The notes below the pieces were generated by a model that had not been told where the DNA came from, searched no databases, and saw only the letters and a program-made list of their open reading frames with translations. A DNA stretch of 64,000 nt from an uncultured Thermoleophilia bacterium (GTDB taxonomy: Bacteria; Actinomycetota; Thermoleophilia; UBA2241), in contig CAVPCT010000005.1 of assembly GCA_963702475.1 (NCBI GenBank), positions 576,001 through 640,000 on the forward strand, read 5' to 3'. Position numbers and translations under genes: made by a program. Of the stretch, positions 28,438 to 37,557 are shown in pieces. Position 1 is the first letter of the stretch. Every line of letters starts with the position of its first letter.

Positions 28438-29163
28438 ATGAACATCGTCGTCCTCCCCACCTACAACGAGCGCGAGAACCTGCGTCACGCGCTGGCGCGC
28501 ATCCGTGAGGTGGCCGACGGCCACGGGTTGCGACTGCACACCCTGATCGTGGACGACAACTCGCCCGACGGCACCGGCGAGCTGGCCGACGACCTGGCCT
28601 GCACCTTGCCGGACTGCTCCGTGATGCACCGCGCCGGCAAGGAGGGCCTCGGCAAGGCGTACATCGCCGGGTTCAAGCAGGCCCTCGACATGGGCGCCAC
28701 GCGCATCTTCGAGATGGACGCCGACCTCAGCCACGACGCCACCTACCTGCCCCACTTCCTGCGCCTCGTCGATCAGGGCGCCGACGTGGTACTGGGCTCG
28801 CGCTACGTGAAGGGCGGCGGCGTGGAGAACTGGAGCCTCTCCCGCAAGGTCATCAGCCGCGGCGGCTGCCTGTACGCGCAGACCATCCTCGGCCTCCCGC
28901 TCAGGGACCTCACGGGAGGCTTCAAGTGCTTCCGCGACACGGTGCTGCGCACCATCGACCTGGACTCCGTGGACACCAAGGGGTACGGCTTCCAGATCGA
29001 GATGACGTACCGCGCCTACAAGCTCGGTTTCGAGGTCGTCGAGCTGCCCATCATCTTCGTCGACCGCAAGGTGGGCGAGAGCAAGATGAGCAACGACATC
29101 GTGCTCGAGGCCATGAAGAACGTGTGGAAGCTCCGCTTCAGCGGCGTGCCCACGCGGCGGTGA
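28438..29163 (+). CDS. ppm1: Polyprenol monophosphomannose synthase (GT2)
   Basis: LPTYNERENL, VDDNSPDGT, EMDADLSH, DLTGGFKC, GYGFQIE. TATACT 7 nt before the ATG suggests a leaderless transcript. Confidence 0.9.
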   Translation: MNIVVLPTYNERENLRHALARIREVADGHGLRLHTLIVDDNSPDGTGELADDLACTLPDCSVMHRAGKEGLGKAYIAGFKQALDMGATRIFEMDADLSHDATYLPHFLRLVDQGADVVLGSRYVKGGGVENWSLSRKVISRGGCLYAQTILGLPLRDLTGGFKCFRDTVLRTIDLDSVDTKGYGFQIEMTYRAYKLGFEVVELPIIFVDRKVGESKMSNDIVLEAMKNVWKLRFSGVPTRR

Positions 29164-30356
29164 GCGCCGGCGACGCGAGGCCGGCCGGCGGACCGCGCGA
29201 GGGCGGCGCCGCTCGGGGGGCGAGCGGCGCCGGCGCAGTCCGGGACGGGAGCGACCGCGGCGACGGCCGGCAGACGGCGGGCATCCTCGCGGTCGACGTG
29301 GGCACGGGCACGGCGGACGTGCTGCTCACCGTGCCCGGGCAGCCGCTCGAGAACGCCGTCAAGCTCGTGGTGCCGTCGCGTACGCAGGTGGTGGCGGCGC
29401 AGATACGCGCAGCGACGCAGCGCCGCCAGACCGTGCTCTTCGGCGGCCCGGTGATGGGCGGCGGGCCGGACGGGGCGGCGATGAAGGACCACCTCGCCGC
29501 CGGCCTCGCTTTCGTCGCCACCGAGGAGGCCGCCCTCACCTTCGCCGACGACCTGGACAAGGTGCGCGCCCGCGGCGTGCGGGTGGTGGGCGACGGCGCG
29601 CTCGACGAACTGCGGCGGCGGCTGCCCGAAGGCTCGGCCGCCGACGTCCGCTCCGGCGACCTGGACACGGCGGCGCTGCGCGCCGCCCTCACGCTGCTGG
29701 GCGTGGAGCCGGCGTTCGACGCCGCGGCCGTGGCCGTGCAGGACCACGGCTTCAGCCCCGGCGGGTCCAACCGGGTCTTCCGCTTCGGCTTCTGGCGGGC
29801 GGCCGTGCAGGAGGCACGCCCGCTAAGCGAGCTCTTCTACGACGCCGCGGCGGTGCCGGCGGAGTTCACGCGCCTGCGCGCCGCCGCCGGCCTGGCCCGC
29901 GAGCTGGCCGGCTCCGGGCCGGCACTCGTGGCCGACACCGGCCCCGCGGCGCTGTACGGGGCTTTGCCGGCCGGCGTGACCGACGCCGTGCTGGTCAACG
30001 CCGGTAACGGTCACACCATCTGCGTCGTCGCCCGCGGCGGCCGCCTGACCGGCGTGTTCGAGCACCACACGCGGATGCTCGACGGCCAGCGCCTGCAGGA
30101 CTACCTGCGCCGCTTTCTGGCCGGGGAGCTGGCCGACGACGAGGTCCGCGACCAGGGCGGCCACGGCGCCGTGCTGGCCGCCGGCGACGCCACCGGCCTG
30201 CCGGTGATCGTCACGGGACCGCGCCGCGCGCTCCTCACGGGCAGCGACCTGCCGCTGGAGTTCGCGGCCCCGCACGGCGACATGATGCTCACCGGCTGCT
30301 ACGGGCTGCTGCGCGCGTTCGCCGATCGCGGGATGGTGCGGACGGACGACGGGTGA
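29160..30356 (+). CDS. DUF1786 family protein
   Basis: ILAVDVGTGT, MGGGP, AVAVQDHG, SNRVFRF, DTGPAAL, NAGNGHT, FEHHT, GGHG, GDMMLTGCYGL. Confidence 0.85.
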   Translation: MSAGDARPAGGPREGGAARGASGAGAVRDGSDRGDGRQTAGILAVDVGTGTADVLLTVPGQPLENAVKLVVPSRTQVVAAQIRAATQRRQTVLFGGPVMGGGPDGAAMKDHLAAGLAFVATEEAALTFADDLDKVRARGVRVVGDGALDELRRRLPEGSAADVRSGDLDTAALRAALTLLGVEPAFDAAAVAVQDHGFSPGGSNRVFRFGFWRAAVQEARPLSELFYDAAAVPAEFTRLRAAAGLARELAGSGPALVADTGPAALYGALPAGVTDAVLVNAGNGHTICVVARGGRLTGVFEHHTRMLDGQRLQDYLRRFLAGELADDEVRDQGGHGAVLAAGDATGLPVIVTGPRRALLTGSDLPLEFAAPHGDMMLTGCYGLLRAFADRGMVRTDDG

Positions 30357-30387
30357 GCGGCAGGCGAGCGATCACGAGGAGGACGTG

Positions 30388-31335
30388 ATGGGGGACGAGA
30401 CAGGGGTGCGGCGCGTCGCCGTCGTGGGCACAGGGCTCATCGGCGCGCGCTGGGCCGCGCACTTCCTCGCGCACGGGCTCGACGTCACGGCCACCGACCC
30501 GGCGCCAGGTGCGGAGCCGGCCCTGCGCGACACCGTCGCGCGCTGCTGGCCGGCCCTCGAGCGCCTGGGGCTCTCCCCCGGCGCCTCGCGAGAGCGCCTG
30601 ACCTTCGCGCCTTCGCTCGAGGAGGCCGTGTGCGACGCGGACTTCGTCCAGGAGAACGCTCCCGACGACGAGGAGCTCAAGATGGAGCTGCTCGCCGCCG
30701 TGGACGCCGCCTGCCCGCCGGCCGCCGTGATCGCCTCGAGCACGTCGGGCATCCTGCCCACCATGCTGCAGTCGCGCTGCGCCCGGCCCGAGCGCGTGCT
30801 CGCCGGCCACCCCTCCAATCCGGCCCACATCCTGCCGCTGGTGGAGGTGGTCGCCGGCGCGCGCACCTCTCCCGAGGCGGTCGACAGGGCGATGGCCTTC
30901 TACCGGGCGGTCGGCAAGCGCCCGCTGCGCGTGCGCCGCGAGGCCCCGGGATTCGTGATGAACCGCCTGCAGGAGGCCGTGTGGCGCGAGATGTTCCACC
31001 TGGTGGACGACGACATCGCGACCTGCGCGGAGCTGGACGCGTCGGTCACGGACGGCTGCGGTATGCGCTGGGCCCTGTTCGGTCCCGCCTTCGTCTACCT
31101 GTTGCAGGGCGGACCCGGGGGCATGGCCTGGGCCCTCGACCAGTTCGATCCGGAACGCATCCCGGACTGGTCGCACAACTTCTACCCCCAGATCACACCG
31201 GAGCTGAGGGAGCGCCTCGTCGCGCAGACGCGCGAGCAGGCAGACGGACGTACGCTCGAGGAGTGGGAGGCGCTGCGCGACGAGTTCCTGGTGCGCGTAG
31301 TGGAGCTGAAGCGCGAGCTGCTCGGTGGGGACTGA
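30388..31335 (+). CDS. 3-hydroxyacyl-CoA dehydrogenase family (L-carnitine dehydrogenase-like)
   Basis: GTGLIG, DFVQENAP, ASSTSG, GHPSNP.., NRLQEAVWRE, GMRWALFGP. Confidence 0.88.
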   Translation: MGDETGVRRVAVVGTGLIGARWAAHFLAHGLDVTATDPAPGAEPALRDTVARCWPALERLGLSPGASRERLTFAPSLEEAVCDADFVQENAPDDEELKMELLAAVDAACPPAAVIASSTSGILPTMLQSRCARPERVLAGHPSNPAHILPLVEVVAGARTSPEAVDRAMAFYRAVGKRPLRVRREAPGFVMNRLQEAVWREMFHLVDDDIATCAELDASVTDGCGMRWALFGPAFVYLLQGGPGGMAWALDQFDPERIPDWSHNFYPQITPELRERLVAQTREQADGRTLEEWEALRDEFLVRVVELKRELLGGD

Positions 31336-31397
31336 GGAGCCGGGCGGAGCGTGGACCTCGGCGCCTGCGCCGGCGCGCGTTACGAGCCGGGCGCGCG

Positions 31398-32370
31398 TTA
31401 CGGGCGCGCCTCCAGGTCGCGCACGGCGGGCACACCGGCAAGCCCCGTGGCCGTGCGCACGGAGGCGAGCACGGCCTGCGCGAGGGCGGTGGCCGCGGCG
31501 GACCCCACCGTGGTGACGTCGGCGGCCACGCCCGAGGCGCCCGTCGCCAGCGCGAACACGGTGTCGCCGTCCAGCATGGTGTGCACCGGGTCGATCGTGC
31601 GGGCGAGGCCGTCGTGGGCCATGCGCGCCACCTTGACGGCCTCCGGCTTGGTGAGCACCGCGTCGGTGGCCACGACGGCGAGAGTGGTGTTCGCGCCGAT
31701 CTGCAGCCCGGGAGCGTGCTCGCGCAGCCACTCCGTGGTGCGCACGAAGCCCCCCTCGGGCCGCCGCGGCCCGGCGAGCACGCCGCCGGTCGCCGGGTCG
31801 ATCACGTCGCCGCACGCGTTGACGGCCACGAGCGCGCCCACCGTGACGCCGCCGGCCAGCCGCAGGCTGGCCGACCCGAGGCCCGTCTTCGTGACCCTGT
31901 CGAAGCCCAGCATCTTGCCCACGGTGGCGCCGGTGCCGGCGCCGATCGAGCCCTGCGGCACCGGCGCCGTGGACGCCGCCTCGCAGGCGGCCTCGCCGGC
32001 GGCAGCGTCGGGGCGCACATCGGCGCTGCCCACCACGAGGTCGAACAGCACTGCCCCGCAGACCAGCGGCACGCGCGCGGGACCCACCTGCACGCCCCGT
32101 CCGTGCGCCTCCAGCCAGCGCATCACGCCGCTGCAGGCGTCCAGGCCGAAGGCGCTGCCGCCGCCGAGCACCACGGCGTGGATGCGCTGCGACGGCGTTC
32201 ACGGGGTCCAGCAGGTCGGTCTCACGGGTGCCCGGCGCCGACCCGCGCACGTCCACCCCCGCGACCGCCCCTTCGCCGTCGCAGAGCACGACGGTGCAGC
32301 CTGTCGCGGCCTCCTCGTCGGTCCAGTGACCGACCGCAAGGCCGGCGACGTCGGTGAGCGTGCCGTTCAT
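31398..32370 (-). CDS. Peptidase S58/DmpA (P1) family (frameshift near 32190)
   Basis: TDVAGLAVGH, TGCTVVL, RGSAPGTRETDLL; GGSAFGL, GAGTGA, NTTL, HDGLAR, DGDTVF. Confidence 0.88.
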
Positions 32371-32462
32371 CGGCCCTCCTGCAAAGTCGACGGATCGGGT
32401 AGACAATACAGCAGCCGCCCCGGCGGTCGCCGGGGCGGCTCAGCGCTGAGGGGAGGGGATCC

Positions 32463-33677
32463 GTGTCCGGACACGCCGAGGCTCTGTTCCAGATCTTCCT
32501 CGCCTTCATGGCGGCGCGCCTGCTCGGCCACCTGTTCCAGCGCTTCAGGCTGCCGGCAGTCGTCGGCGAGCTGCTGGCCGGCGCCCTGCTCGGCCCGTAC
32601 CTGCTCAACGTGCTGCACTCCAGTGAGGTGCTCGACGCCCTGGCCGAGCTGGGCGTGATCATGCTCCTCTTCATGGCCGGCCTGGAGACGCACATCGAGG
32701 AGCTGGTGGCCACACGCGCTGCGGCCATCAAGGTGGCCGTGCTGGGCGCCGCCCTGCCGTTCATCGGCGGCGCCCTGGTCGGTCTGCTGTTCGGCTGGAG
32801 CTCGAGCTCGGCGCTCTTCATGGCCACCGCGCTCACCGCGACCTCGGTGGGCATCACCGTGCGCGTGGTCCGCGAGCTCGGGTTCCACGAGCGCCGCGCC
32901 ATGCGCATCATCCTCGCCGCGGCGGTGCTCGACGACGTGCTCGGACTCATCGTGCTCGTCGTCGTGAGCGGGATGGCGCTGGGGCAGCTGAACGTGTTCA
33001 ACCTCGTCCTGCTCATCGTCGAGGCCATCGCCTATGTCGGCCTCTTCGGCTTCTTCGGCCCCAAGCTCGTCGTGCGCCTGCGCGAGTGGCTCACCGGCAT
33101 GAAAGTCGCCACCCTGTTCGAGGTCGGCGTCATCCTCACCCTCGCCCTCTCCCTGCTCGCCGACTACATCGGCCTGGCGGCCATCGTCGGCGCCTTCATC
33201 GCCGGCCTCACCATGTCGGAGTTGCGTCAGCACACCGGGATCGTCAAGCGCTTCGAGCCCCTGGCCTGGTTCTTCACGCCCTTCTTCTTCGTGCTCATGG
33301 GGACGTACCTGGACTTCGCCGCCTTCGCCCAGCCACTGGTGCTGCTCGCCGTGGTCGTGTTCACCGCGCTCGCCATCGTGACCAAGTACGTCGGGGGCGT
33401 CGTGGGAGCACGCAAGGAGGGGCGGATCACGGCGCGGGAGGTCGGCGCCGGCATGGTGCCGCGCGGCGAGGTCGGCATCGTGGTGGCCGCCTACGCGCTC
33501 GCCGCCGGCGCCGTGAACGACGACGTCTACGCCGCCATGCTGGGCATGGTGCTGGCCACGACCATCCTGGCGCCGTTCATCATCAAGTGGGTGTTCAGGC
33601 GGAAGCCGGGTGACGCGTGCGGCGGCGACGCGACCTGCGACCTCGACCACGCCGCCGCCGTCACGGCGCGGGACTGA
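32463..33677 (+). CDS. CPA2 cation:proton antiporter
   Basis: GELLAGALLGP, TSVGIT, AAVLDDV, GMVPRGEV; multi-TM. Confidence 0.92.
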   Translation: MSGHAEALFQIFLAFMAARLLGHLFQRFRLPAVVGELLAGALLGPYLLNVLHSSEVLDALAELGVIMLLFMAGLETHIEELVATRAAAIKVAVLGAALPFIGGALVGLLFGWSSSSALFMATALTATSVGITVRVVRELGFHERRAMRIILAAAVLDDVLGLIVLVVVSGMALGQLNVFNLVLLIVEAIAYVGLFGFFGPKLVVRLREWLTGMKVATLFEVGVILTLALSLLADYIGLAAIVGAFIAGLTMSELRQHTGIVKRFEPLAWFFTPFFFVLMGTYLDFAAFAQPLVLLAVVVFTALAIVTKYVGGVVGARKEGRITAREVGAGMVPRGEVGIVVAAYALAAGAVNDDVYAAMLGMVLATTILAPFIIKWVFRRKPGDACGGDATCDLDHAAAVTARD

Positions 33678-33682
33678 CCTGG

Positions 33683-33753
33683 CGCGGGCTCTGACGGTCC
33701 AGGAGCGACCCCACGCGGGCGCTGACGGTCCGGGAGCGACCCGGCGCGGGCGC
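33683..33753. repeat. 31-bp imperfect tandem repeat (about 2.3 copies)
   Basis: CGCGGGCTCTGACGGTCCAGGAGCGACCCCA / CGCGGGCGCTGACGGTCCGGGAGCGACCCGG / CGCGGGCGC between convergent genes. Confidence 0.75.
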
Positions 33754-33780
33754 GAACGGCGCCGGCACGAGCACCCTGCG

Positions 33781-34320
33781 CTAGCGGAGACGGCTCACGC
33801 CGGCGAGCGCGTGCTGGAACGCGGCCTCGGCGGCCTCGTCCACGACCGCGAACATGACGTGGCGCAGCGCCGTGCGCCGGTGCTGCTTGAGGTACGCCAC
33901 GGTCTCGGTGATCATGATGCTCGAGCACTGCTGCAGCGGGTAGCCGCAGGCCCCGGTGCCGAAAGCCGGCAGCGCGATCGACCGGGCGTGACAGCGCCCG
34001 GCGGCGGCGAGCGCCGCGCGCGTGGCCTTGGCGATCAGGACGCCGTCGGTCTGCGGCGCACCCTCCGTGAGGGCGACGTGGATGACCCAGCGGGCGATGA
34101 GGTCGTGTCCGGTGGTGACGACGGCCTCGCCCACTTCGATGGGGCCTTGCAGCATGGCCTCGATCTCGATGGCCTCGCCGCCCGCGGCCTTGACCGCGGC
34201 GCCCACGCCATGGTCCATCTCCAGCCGGGTGGAGGACAGCGTGGCGATGGCGTCCACCTCGAGCTCCGTGATGTCGCTGGACGCAACCTCGAGCCTGGTC
34301 TTGCCGACAGACGTCTTCAT
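33781..34320 (-). CDS. Macro domain protein (degenerate motifs)
   Basis: SDIT..VDAI, GEAVVTTG, WVIHV, SIALPAFGTG. Confidence 0.85.
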   Translation of the reverse strand: MKTSVGKTRLEVASSDITELEVDAIATLSSTRLEMDHGVGAAVKAAGGEAIEIEAMLQGPIEVGEAVVTTGHDLIARWVIHVALTEGAPQTDGVLIAKATRAALAAAGRCHARSIALPAFGTGACGYPLQQCSSIMITETVAYLKQHRRTALRHVMFAVVDEAAEAAFQHALAGVSRLR

Positions 34321-34483
34321 GGCCCTCCACAACCCCGGAAGCAAGAACTGGGACAGAGGGGAGTATACCTGCTCGCGGCCCGGGGCTCGCGGCCCGGGGC
34401 TCGCGACCCGGGACCCGCCGCCGCCCTGCGGTAGAATCGCCCGCGGAGGGGGTGCGGCCATCACCGGCACGACGCTGATCTGG

Positions 34484-35452
34484 ATGGGCGGCGGTTTCGT
34501 CATGGCCGCCAGCTGGGGCCTGGTCTCGGTGGTCAACAAGCGTCTGCTCGACGACGTCCACCCAGTTCCGCTGAACGTGCTGGTCCGGTTCGTCGCCGTT
34601 GCGGGCCTGGTGCTGGCCACGGTGCCGCTGACGGTCTTGGACGTGTGGCCGTACGGCTTCGGCATCGATCTCGAGAGCCTGCTGCTCATCGCAGCCTCCG
34701 CCTGTGTCACGTGGATCGTCGGGTTCACGGCCTACACGTACGCGCTCCGCGCCGGCCGCGTGGGCGTGGTGACGCCACTCACCAGCACGGACCCGCTGTG
34801 GACGGCGCTGTTCTCGTTCGCCCTGGCCGGCGTCGCGCTGCAGCTCTCCACGCTGGCCGGCATGGCGGTGACCCTCGTGGGTGTGGTGCTGCTCTCGCGC
34901 TGGCTCGGCGACACCGCCATGGCGAGCGGCGCGCCGGACGAGATGGCGGCGCCGGTGGGGAGCGCGGGCCCGGCGCCGGCGGCGGCCGGCTCCGCTCCGT
35001 CGACAGCCGCGGTCGTCCTGCCGGCGCTGCTGGCCGCGGCCACCTGGGGCCTCTCCCCGGTGCTCGTGCAGCTCGCTGTGGAGGCCTACGGCGAGCCGAG
35101 CGCGTTCATGATGATCGAGAGCCAGCTGATCGGCGGTCTCGCGCTCGGCGCGTGGGTGCTGTGGCGGCGCGCCCCGCTGTTCACGCGCCGCCTGGACGGG
35201 CCCGCGCGCCGCCGGGTGGTCTGGCTCCTGCTGGCCTCCGGCGCGCTCGAGGTCGTCTTCAGCGTGCTGTTCTACCTCGTGATCGACGAGCTCGGCGCCG
35301 TCCTTGCCATGCTGCTCGCCGCCACGGCTCCGGTGTTCGGCGTGATCGCGGGGGTCACGCTGCTCAAGGAGCGGCTCACGGCGCGGCTCGGGCTCGCCAT
35401 CGCGCTGACCATCGGCGGGGTGTTCATCGCCGTCGGGGCGCGGCTGGCGTAA
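34484..35452 (+). CDS. DMT/EamA transporter
   Basis: About 10 TMs in two EamA repeats. Start uncertain (RBS at 34445 better fits ATC 34460). Confidence 0.85.
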   Translation: MGGGFVMAASWGLVSVVNKRLLDDVHPVPLNVLVRFVAVAGLVLATVPLTVLDVWPYGFGIDLESLLLIAASACVTWIVGFTAYTYALRAGRVGVVTPLTSTDPLWTALFSFALAGVALQLSTLAGMAVTLVGVVLLSRWLGDTAMASGAPDEMAAPVGSAGPAPAAAGSAPSTAAVVLPALLAAATWGLSPVLVQLAVEAYGEPSAFMMIESQLIGGLALGAWVLWRRAPLFTRRLDGPARRRVVWLLLASGALEVVFSVLFYLVIDELGAVLAMLLAATAPVFGVIAGVTLLKERLTARLGLAIALTIGGVFIAVGARLA

Positions 35453-35488
35453 GGCCGGGAGGCCTTGCTGCGCCGGCCGCGGCGGCTC

Positions 35489-36763
35489 TCACTGCCGGCC
35501 CGCCCCCTCTGCCGCCGCGGCCTGCCGCGCCTCCTCCATCGCCACGCGCCCGGCTGAGCGCTGCCGCACCGGGTCCAGGCGCAGGGTGACGATAGCCGCC
35601 GCGAACGCGAACCCGCAGCCGATGAAGAACGGCACCTGGTAGCCGACGTAGTTGAGGACCATGCCCGCGGCCACCGGCACGACGATGGCGGTGGCGTGCA
35701 GCAGGGTGACGCCCATGGCCAGGCTCGGAGCGATGTCCGCAGGCACGGCGATCTTGCGCAGGTACGTGGCCGCGCCGATGGCCGAGAACGGCGCGATGAA
35801 GCTGTAGATCACGTAGAAGACGCAGGCGAGCCACACGTTGCCCATGAGCGCGTACCCGGCGAGCGCGACGATGTAGGCCACGTTGATGGCCGACAGCGTG
35901 GAGCGCTCGCCGTGGCGATCGATCATGCGCCCGGCCCACGGCGAGAACAGCATCGCCACCACGGTCGAGATGATGACCACCAGCGACACGGCCGAGACCC
36001 CCATGCCGAAGCGGCTCACCAGCACCCACAGGCCGAACGAGAAGAAGAGCTGCTGGCGGGCGCCGTCGAGCACGTTGAGCACGTAGTAGTACCGGTAGTC
36101 GCGTCGCACCACGATCCGCTGGCGCGGCAGCTGGGCCGCGATGAGCTTGCCCTCGTGCAGGTGCGGAAAGCCGACGATGGCGACCGCACCGAGCAGCGCG
36201 ATGACGCCGCACGCCACGTACACCTCGTGGTAGAGGTCGGGCCACTGCAGGAAGAGGAGCAGCACGACGGCGGTGCCCACGAGCGCCCCCGCCTGCGCGA
36301 TGCCTGCCATGGTGCCCAGGATGCGGCCACTGTGCGCCTCCTCCGAGAGACTCATGCCCAGCGCGACCTGCGTCTGCAGGACGGTGTGGAACCCGAGGCT
36401 CCCCAGCACCACCCAGGGGAGGACGGTCGAGAAGCTCGTCGCCAGCGCGTACCCGGCCGTCCCGACGGCGAGCACGACGAGGGCCAGCGCCGTGAGACGC
36501 TGCTGCGACATGCGGTACAGCAGCGCCGTGACGAAGATGAGCAGGAGCCCGGGTATCTCGCGGATCGCCGTGATGTAGCCGAACTGCGGACCGCTGAAGT
36601 GCAGGACGTCGGCGAAGTAGTTGGTGGTGACGGCGCTGCTCGTGTACATCGAGAGGCCGAACGCCAGCGACATGGCAGCCAGCATGAGGTAGCCGCGACC
36701 AGGGGGCGTGCGCCAGGTCGCGGGCAGGCGGCGTCCGTGCTCGATCGCGCGCATTGGGTTCAC
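35489..36763 (-). CDS. MFS transporter
   Basis: REIPGLL, GRMIDRHGER; about 12 TMs. Confidence 0.88.
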   Translation of the reverse strand: MNPMRAIEHGRRLPATWRTPPGRGYLMLAAMSLAFGLSMYTSSAVTTNYFADVLHFSGPQFGYITAIREIPGLLLIFVTALLYRMSQQRLTALALVVLAVGTAGYALATSFSTVLPWVVLGSLGFHTVLQTQVALGMSLSEEAHSGRILGTMAGIAQAGALVGTAVVLLLFLQWPDLYHEVYVACGVIALLGAVAIVGFPHLHEGKLIAAQLPRQRIVVRRDYRYYYVLNVLDGARQQLFFSFGLWVLVSRFGMGVSAVSLVVIISTVVAMLFSPWAGRMIDRHGERSTLSAINVAYIVALAGYALMGNVWLACVFYVIYSFIAPFSAIGAATYLRKIAVPADIAPSLAMGVTLLHATAIVVPVAAGMVLNYVGYQVPFFIGCGFAFAAAIVTLRLDPVRQRSAGRVAMEEARQAAAAEGAGRQ

Positions 36764-36783
36764 GTTCCGGGCTCCTTCGCAGA

Positions 36784-36827
36784 CGCGAAAGGGGCGGCGG
36801 CCCTGCCGGGCCGCCGCCCCTTTCGCG
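36784..36827 (-). terminator. Intrinsic terminator after the sdh operon
   Basis: Perfect 20-bp stem CGCGAAAGGGGCGGCGGCCC-TGCC-GGGCCGCCGCCCCTTTCGCG. Confidence 0.8.
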
Positions 36828-36830
36828 GCC

Positions 36831-37557
36831 TCACTTCGTCTTGCCGAACAGCCTCCGGCGCACGGCCGCCATCTTGAGCCACTGGATGCCCTCCGTCGGG
36901 TTCAGCTCCTTCGGGCAGGCCTCCACGCAGTTGGTGATCGTGTGGCAGCGGTAGGCGCCACGCTCGTTGTCCCACATCGGCATGCGATCCTTGACGGCCT
37001 CGTCGCGCGAGTCCACCTCGAAGCGGTACGCCTTGAGCAACGCGGCCGGGCCCAGGTAGTTGTCCTCGGTCCACACCGACGGGCAGCTGCTGTAGCAGGC
37101 CCCGCACAGGATGCAGTCGATCGGCATGTTCATCTTGAGCCGGTCCTTGGGCGACTGCAGGATCTCGCGCTCGGGCTCCTTGCGAGTGGCGGATGAGCCA
37201 CGGCTTGACGTACTCGTACTTGGCGAAGAAGTCGGTCATGTCGCAGACCAGGTCCTTCACCAGCGGCAGGTGCGGCAGCGGCTCCACGGTGATCACGTCG
37301 GCGTGCACGTGCAGCACGTTGGTCTGGCAGGCCAGGCGGTAGCGCCCGTTGATGTACATGGCGCACGAGCCGCACACGGCGGCGCGGCAGCAGTAGCGGA
37401 ACGAGAGCGTGCCGTCGAGGTGCTCCTGGATGTGGAAGAGCGACTCCAGCACGGTGATGTGCGACTCGTACGGCACCACGAAGTCGTCGTACCGCGCGAC
37501 CTTGGGGTCGTCCTTGGCGGGGTCGAAGCGCTTGATATGCAGTTTGACCTCGGGCAT
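36831..37557 (-). CDS. sdhB: Succinate dehydrogenase/fumarate reductase Fe-S subunit (frameshift near 37180)
   Basis: FRYCCRAAVCGSC...LAC; CILCGACYSSCP; CHTITNCVEACP. Confidence 0.92.
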
